DNA of 64,000 bases, taken from positions 25,548-89,547 of the forward strand of contig JBHHYU010000001.1 in the NCBI GenBank assembly GCA_046757725.1, written 5' to 3'. The position numbers and the translations under genes were made by a program. The notes beneath the pieces were generated by a model, which was given only the letters and a program-made list of their open reading frames with translations, ran no database searches and was not told the DNA's origin. How positions within the stretch are numbered: position 1 is the stretch's first letter; each line of letters begins with the position of its first letter. This DNA is from Candidatus Binatia bacterium. Lineage in GTDB: Bacteria > Desulfobacterota > Binatia > UBA9968. Below, in pieces: positions 61,320-64,000 of this stretch.

Positions 61320-61805
61320 TCAGATTTTGTATCCGATCTTTCGGAGAAAATCTTTTCGCCAGGCGATATCACCGCCTTTTTCAATCCCTGTGGTTTTTGC
61401 CCCGTCGATTACACCGAGGATGCCTCGCCCTTGATCCGTTTCAGCAACAACCACCTCCACCGGGTTGCCCGTAGCACAAAAGATACGGCAGACCTCCGGC
61501 ACCATTTTTAATGCGTTGAGCACGTTGATGGGGAAAAAGCCGGCTCCTAAGAACAGAATGAAACTGTGGCCGGCTCCAAGGGCCAGGGCATTCCGCTTGG
61601 CCAACTCCACCATTTCATCGTCGGTTCCCGTCCAGCGTACGAGTGTGGCACCGGAAGATTCACAAAATGCGAGACCGAATTTAATATCAGGTACAGATGC
61701 AACCATAGCCTCGTGTATATCTTCGACGGTCTTAATGAAATGGCTCTGTCCCAAAATGAAATTGACCTCTTCTGGCTTGTCTATCTTGACGGTGGTGAGT
61801 TCCAT
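61320..61805 (-). CDS. PF04008-like protein (family annotated adenosine-specific kinase)
   Basis: 161-aa ORF. ILGQSHFIKTVEDIHEAMV..PEVCRIFCATGNPVEVVVAET resembles the conserved archaeal/bacterial family as I recall it. Not searched. Confidence 0.55.
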   Translation of the reverse strand: MELTTVKIDKPEEVNFILGQSHFIKTVEDIHEAMVASVPDIKFGLAFCESSGATLVRWTGTDDEMVELAKRNALALGAGHSFILFLGAGFFPINVLNALKMVPEVCRIFCATGNPVEVVVAETDQGRGILGVIDGAKTTGIEKGGDIAWRKDFLRKIGYKI

Positions 61806-61954
61806 GACGAAGTTCCTCTCGTCCGCCCGGGCTATCTGCAGGTCCTTTCAGGTAGGTTTGGTTTGTGAAGTTGCTTGACTGCTTGAGGAAAGGTCACTCT
61901 ATTCCCAGGCTGCCTGGTAGCTTTTGAGTGGTCGCGGAACAGGGTTTATGAAGC

Positions 61955-62383
61955 TTATTTTAAAAGCTTCTTTAGGATTCGTTCCGCCTTGTTCGCATCG
62001 GCTCTGGTATCAAAGGCAAAATAAACCACACTTCGCCGATTTAAAGCAGCAGCAGATAGGCCCCGCATGTTAATATCCGCCGCGGCGAGAGCGAGTGAGA
62101 TTTTTGCTCCCAGGCCTGGGCGATCCGGTCCCACCAGACGTAAGGAGTGTAGGCGATCTGCTTTCTTTAAACCCGCCTTCCTGGCTGCCCGTGTTTGCGA
62201 TGCCTTTTTGAGTGGGGCCAGGAAAACGACGCCTGTACCGCGTTTCTCTGGTGCCCGTCGGGCGATAACAAAATCGAGGTTGGCTTTCGCGCTCGATAAG
62301 GCATTTAATTTCTGTGCGAGTCCGCCCGGACGATCCTTGATCGGTCCCGCCCAAACATCTACTTTTGAAATAGCATAGCGCAT
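61955..62383 (-). CDS. ACT domain-containing protein
   Basis: 142-aa ORF with two ACT-like beta-alpha-beta-beta-alpha-beta units (RLVGPDRPGLGAKISLALAAADINM). Confidence 0.6.
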   Translation of the reverse strand: MRYAISKVDVWAGPIKDRPGGLAQKLNALSSAKANLDFVIARRAPEKRGTGVVFLAPLKKASQTRAARKAGLKKADRLHSLRLVGPDRPGLGAKISLALAAADINMRGLSAAALNRRSVVYFAFDTRADANKAERILKKLLK

Positions 62384-62555
62384 AGGATGGCCCTCCTTAA
62401 TAATAATTAGATGTAAGGAGCTTATACGAATCGTTGCTTTATGGGAAGGCTTTTAATGGCGGAGTCGAGAATCTTGCGATTCAATTCTAAGGACCGCAAC
62501 ACCAAGAGCAAAAATGCAGGCGGGGAGGATTAGGAGAATGCCATGAGAGATTTGT

Positions 62556-62747
62556 TCAGTTTATGCGTTCGCTTTGGATATTCGAGTTCCTTACCAACCA
62601 GGCCTCAACCATCTTTCTCTTAAAACGCCATTGATTACCTACCTTGAAAGCTGGAAGTCTCTTCCGAGCTAACAGCCGGTAGACAGTGAACTTATCTACG
62701 TTAAGGTATTCAGCGACTTGTTCGGTAGTCAGTAAAACCTCAGGCAT
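62556..62747 (-). CDS. Excisionase-family helix-turn-helix DNA-binding protein
   Basis: 63-aa ORF. LTTEQVAEYLNVDKFTVYRLLARKRLPAFKVGNQWRFKR is the MerR-like excisionase-family DNA-binding domain pattern. Confidence 0.75.
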   Translation of the reverse strand: MPEVLLTTEQVAEYLNVDKFTVYRLLARKRLPAFKVGNQWRFKRKMVEAWLVRNSNIQSERIN

Positions 62748-62987
62748 TGTCCTTACCTACGCTAGCCGTATCTTTTGACTTACAAGCAATATCTAAGCCA
62801 CGACCCCTTAATCAGGTAAGTTACTAAAAAACCGGGCGAATTTATACAGGCAAAAGCTCGAAGCCAGACTAAATCGGGCAGCCTTGCCGCTTTAACCTCT
62901 CTCCTAGACAAACCTGCGACAGTTATACCCCGGCCGGATTCGATCCGAATGCTCCCCTACAGACCTCTCAGTTCCTACTCGGCCGCT

Positions 62988-63002
62988 AGCGCCAAGCGTG
63001 TG
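62988..63002. repeat. Direct repeat core AGCGCCAAGCGTGTG, copy 1
   Basis: An exact 15-mer also occurs at 63331-63345. The flanks share partial similarity (CGGCCG upstream, GTAAA..TTCGA downstream). Confidence 0.6.
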
Positions 63003-63330
63003 GATCGGTAAAACCTTCGACGGTATCTATGTCTCCCCGTAGTTTTCCAAAACTACCCACTAGGGGAACGGCTTGCCGCTCCTGATGGCCAGTCTGGCAT
63101 CGCGATACCATCCTGGTCGACTAACCACAGGGGGGGGCAGCGCAAGCACCGTACCCATATCACATGGGAACGGGTTGTCAAGGAGAGCAGATCTCCTAAC
63201 GAGTCGCGAAGCGGTGAGCTGGCTACGGTCGATGCGGTTCCCCAACTTCGCCGCCGACTTCCGACTGCTTTCACGGAAAATGAATCTCGATAATCTTGCT
63301 TTCTCCACAGGAATACACCGGCCGAGATGA

Positions 63331-63345
63331 AGCGCCAAGCGTGTG
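63331..63345. repeat. Direct repeat core AGCGCCAAGCGTGTG, copy 2
   Basis: Exact 15-mer, 343 bp downstream of copy 1, within the same GC-rich non-coding stretch. Confidence 0.6.
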
Positions 63346-63592
63346 CAGCCTGCGTAAATTTTTCGATAAGGTTTTTGGGGACCAGTGGTTAGTTGCCTTG
63401 GGGGCACCGGAGAACTTCCGCGGGCGAAGCACAGGCACGATCGGGCCAGAGGTCACCGATCAAATCTATTGAAACAGTTGCATTTTCGCGTTATGAGAGG
63501 ACAACTTGGCAAGAGGGCCGGGTGTGTATTGACCAGCGGAGGGTAGAAAAGTAACCCTAGAAGAAGACTCTCGCGGCTACGGAGGTGTCCAA

Positions 63593-64000
63593 ATGAGCAA
63601 GCATAAACTCAAAAATTGCTACGTCAGTGTTTTCTTTATTGTTGCCTTCGGATTGGTCCTTATACCAAGTGTGCGGAGTCAGTCGGTGCACACGGCCAAG
63701 CTTATTGAGGGAGCTAAGAAAGAAAAGAAACTGGTATGGTACACCTCGACGAGTGTTCCCGACGCAAGTGCTCTCCTCAAGGCTTTTAACAAGAAATACC
63801 CGTTCGTCGAGACGAACCTTTTCCGCGCGAGCAACGCAAAGCTTTCTAACCGTATCATGACTGAAACTCGTGCGGGAAGATGGGCGTACGACATAGTCAG
63901 TATGAGTGGCGGCCCGTTGTTACGTCGCATGAAGTTAATCAAGCCCTACTTTTCTCCGGAGTCCAAGGCCTATATTGAAGCATTCAAAGAGCCGAACGGT
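63593..64000 (+). CDS. Extracellular solute-binding protein of an ABC transporter (5' partial; runs off the window)
   Basis: Hand translation from ATG 63593 (GGAGG SD) gives MSKHKLKNCYVSVFFIVAFGLVLIPSVRSQS..KKLVWYTSTSVPDASALLKAFNKKYPFVETNLFRAS.., open to the window end. Signal peptide plus a family-1 SBP N-terminus. Confidence 0.7.
   Translation, partial: MSKHKLKNCYVSVFFIVAFGLVLIPSVRSQSVHTAKLIEGAKKEKKLVWYTSTSVPDASALLKAFNKKYPFVETNLFRASNAKLSNRIMTETRAGRWAYDIVSMSGGPLLRRMKLIKPYFSPESKAYIEAFKEPNG

Noticed and set aside
62925-62965. tRNA-like T-arm (minus strand GGATCGAATCC) suggesting a tRNA gene
   Set aside because: The T-stem pairs over only 4 bp, the loop deviates from TTCGAAT, and no acceptor, D or anticodon arms can be built. 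At most it is a degraded fragment, mentioned under the scar finding.
63053-63456. Three overlapping minus-strand ORFs (61-115 aa) as candidate genes
   Set aside because: They are mutually overlapping in different frames and Arg/Pro/Ser-rich, with no intact domain. I treated them as non-coding or decayed sequence.

Overview
64-kb stretch of a moderately GC-rich bacterial chromosome. The taxon cannot be assigned by eye. It is almost entirely housekeeping and central-metabolism genes, with about 60 protein genes and short intergenic gaps. I found no rRNA, intact tRNA, CRISPR array or transposase gene.

Gene blocks, in order:
- thiD, a PhtD/NMT1-fold gene, and pyrF-proS-ispG.
- A tetR-MFP-RND efflux operon.
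- An origin-type cluster, all on the minus strand: gyrB-gyrA-gpsA-rpmH-rnpA-yidD-yidC-jag. rpmH is below the ORF-track cutoff and was found by hand translation.
- An AEC transporter and a large polytopic membrane protein.
- A cobalamin-uptake locus with two cobalamin riboswitches (RS1-tonB-RS2-btuB-btuF-btuC-btuD), followed by a truncated cbiA/cobB-like relic.
- A beta-oxidation-type operon (SDR-enoyl-CoA hydratase-ACAD-ACAD).
- An M48/TPR protease and an orphan small gene in an AT-rich patch.
- A catabolic-looking group: class II aldolase, PepF, amidohydrolase, epimerase, M24 hydrolase, PNPOx-like, TenA-like, and CoxS-CoxM-CoxG without a large subunit.
- ompA-like, rlmE, glmU-glmS and hsp20.
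- A SahR-like (ArsR-methyltransferase) regulator directly upstream of metH.
- otsA, a PF04008-like protein, an ACT protein, an excisionase-type HTH gene, and a partial solute-binding protein gene at the window edge.

Most notable observation, seen directly in the sequence: two diverged copies, in opposite orientation, of an unannotated ~350-bp non-autonomous MITE-like element at 24067-24433 and 34937-35281. Both have GGCTC..CCGTTAA-type terminal inverted repeats. Each is flanked by its own perfect 9-bp target-site duplication. Each is inserted so that the duplication directly abuts a TTGAC(A/G) -35-like hexamer of a plausible promoter; copy B sits between two back-to-back divergent promoters.

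Other points worth a second look:
- The tandem B12 riboswitches within one locus.
- The cbiA relic.
- A 30-bp palindromic operator candidate across the sahR-metH promoter.
- An ~850-bp GC-rich non-coding scar next to the excisionase-like gene.
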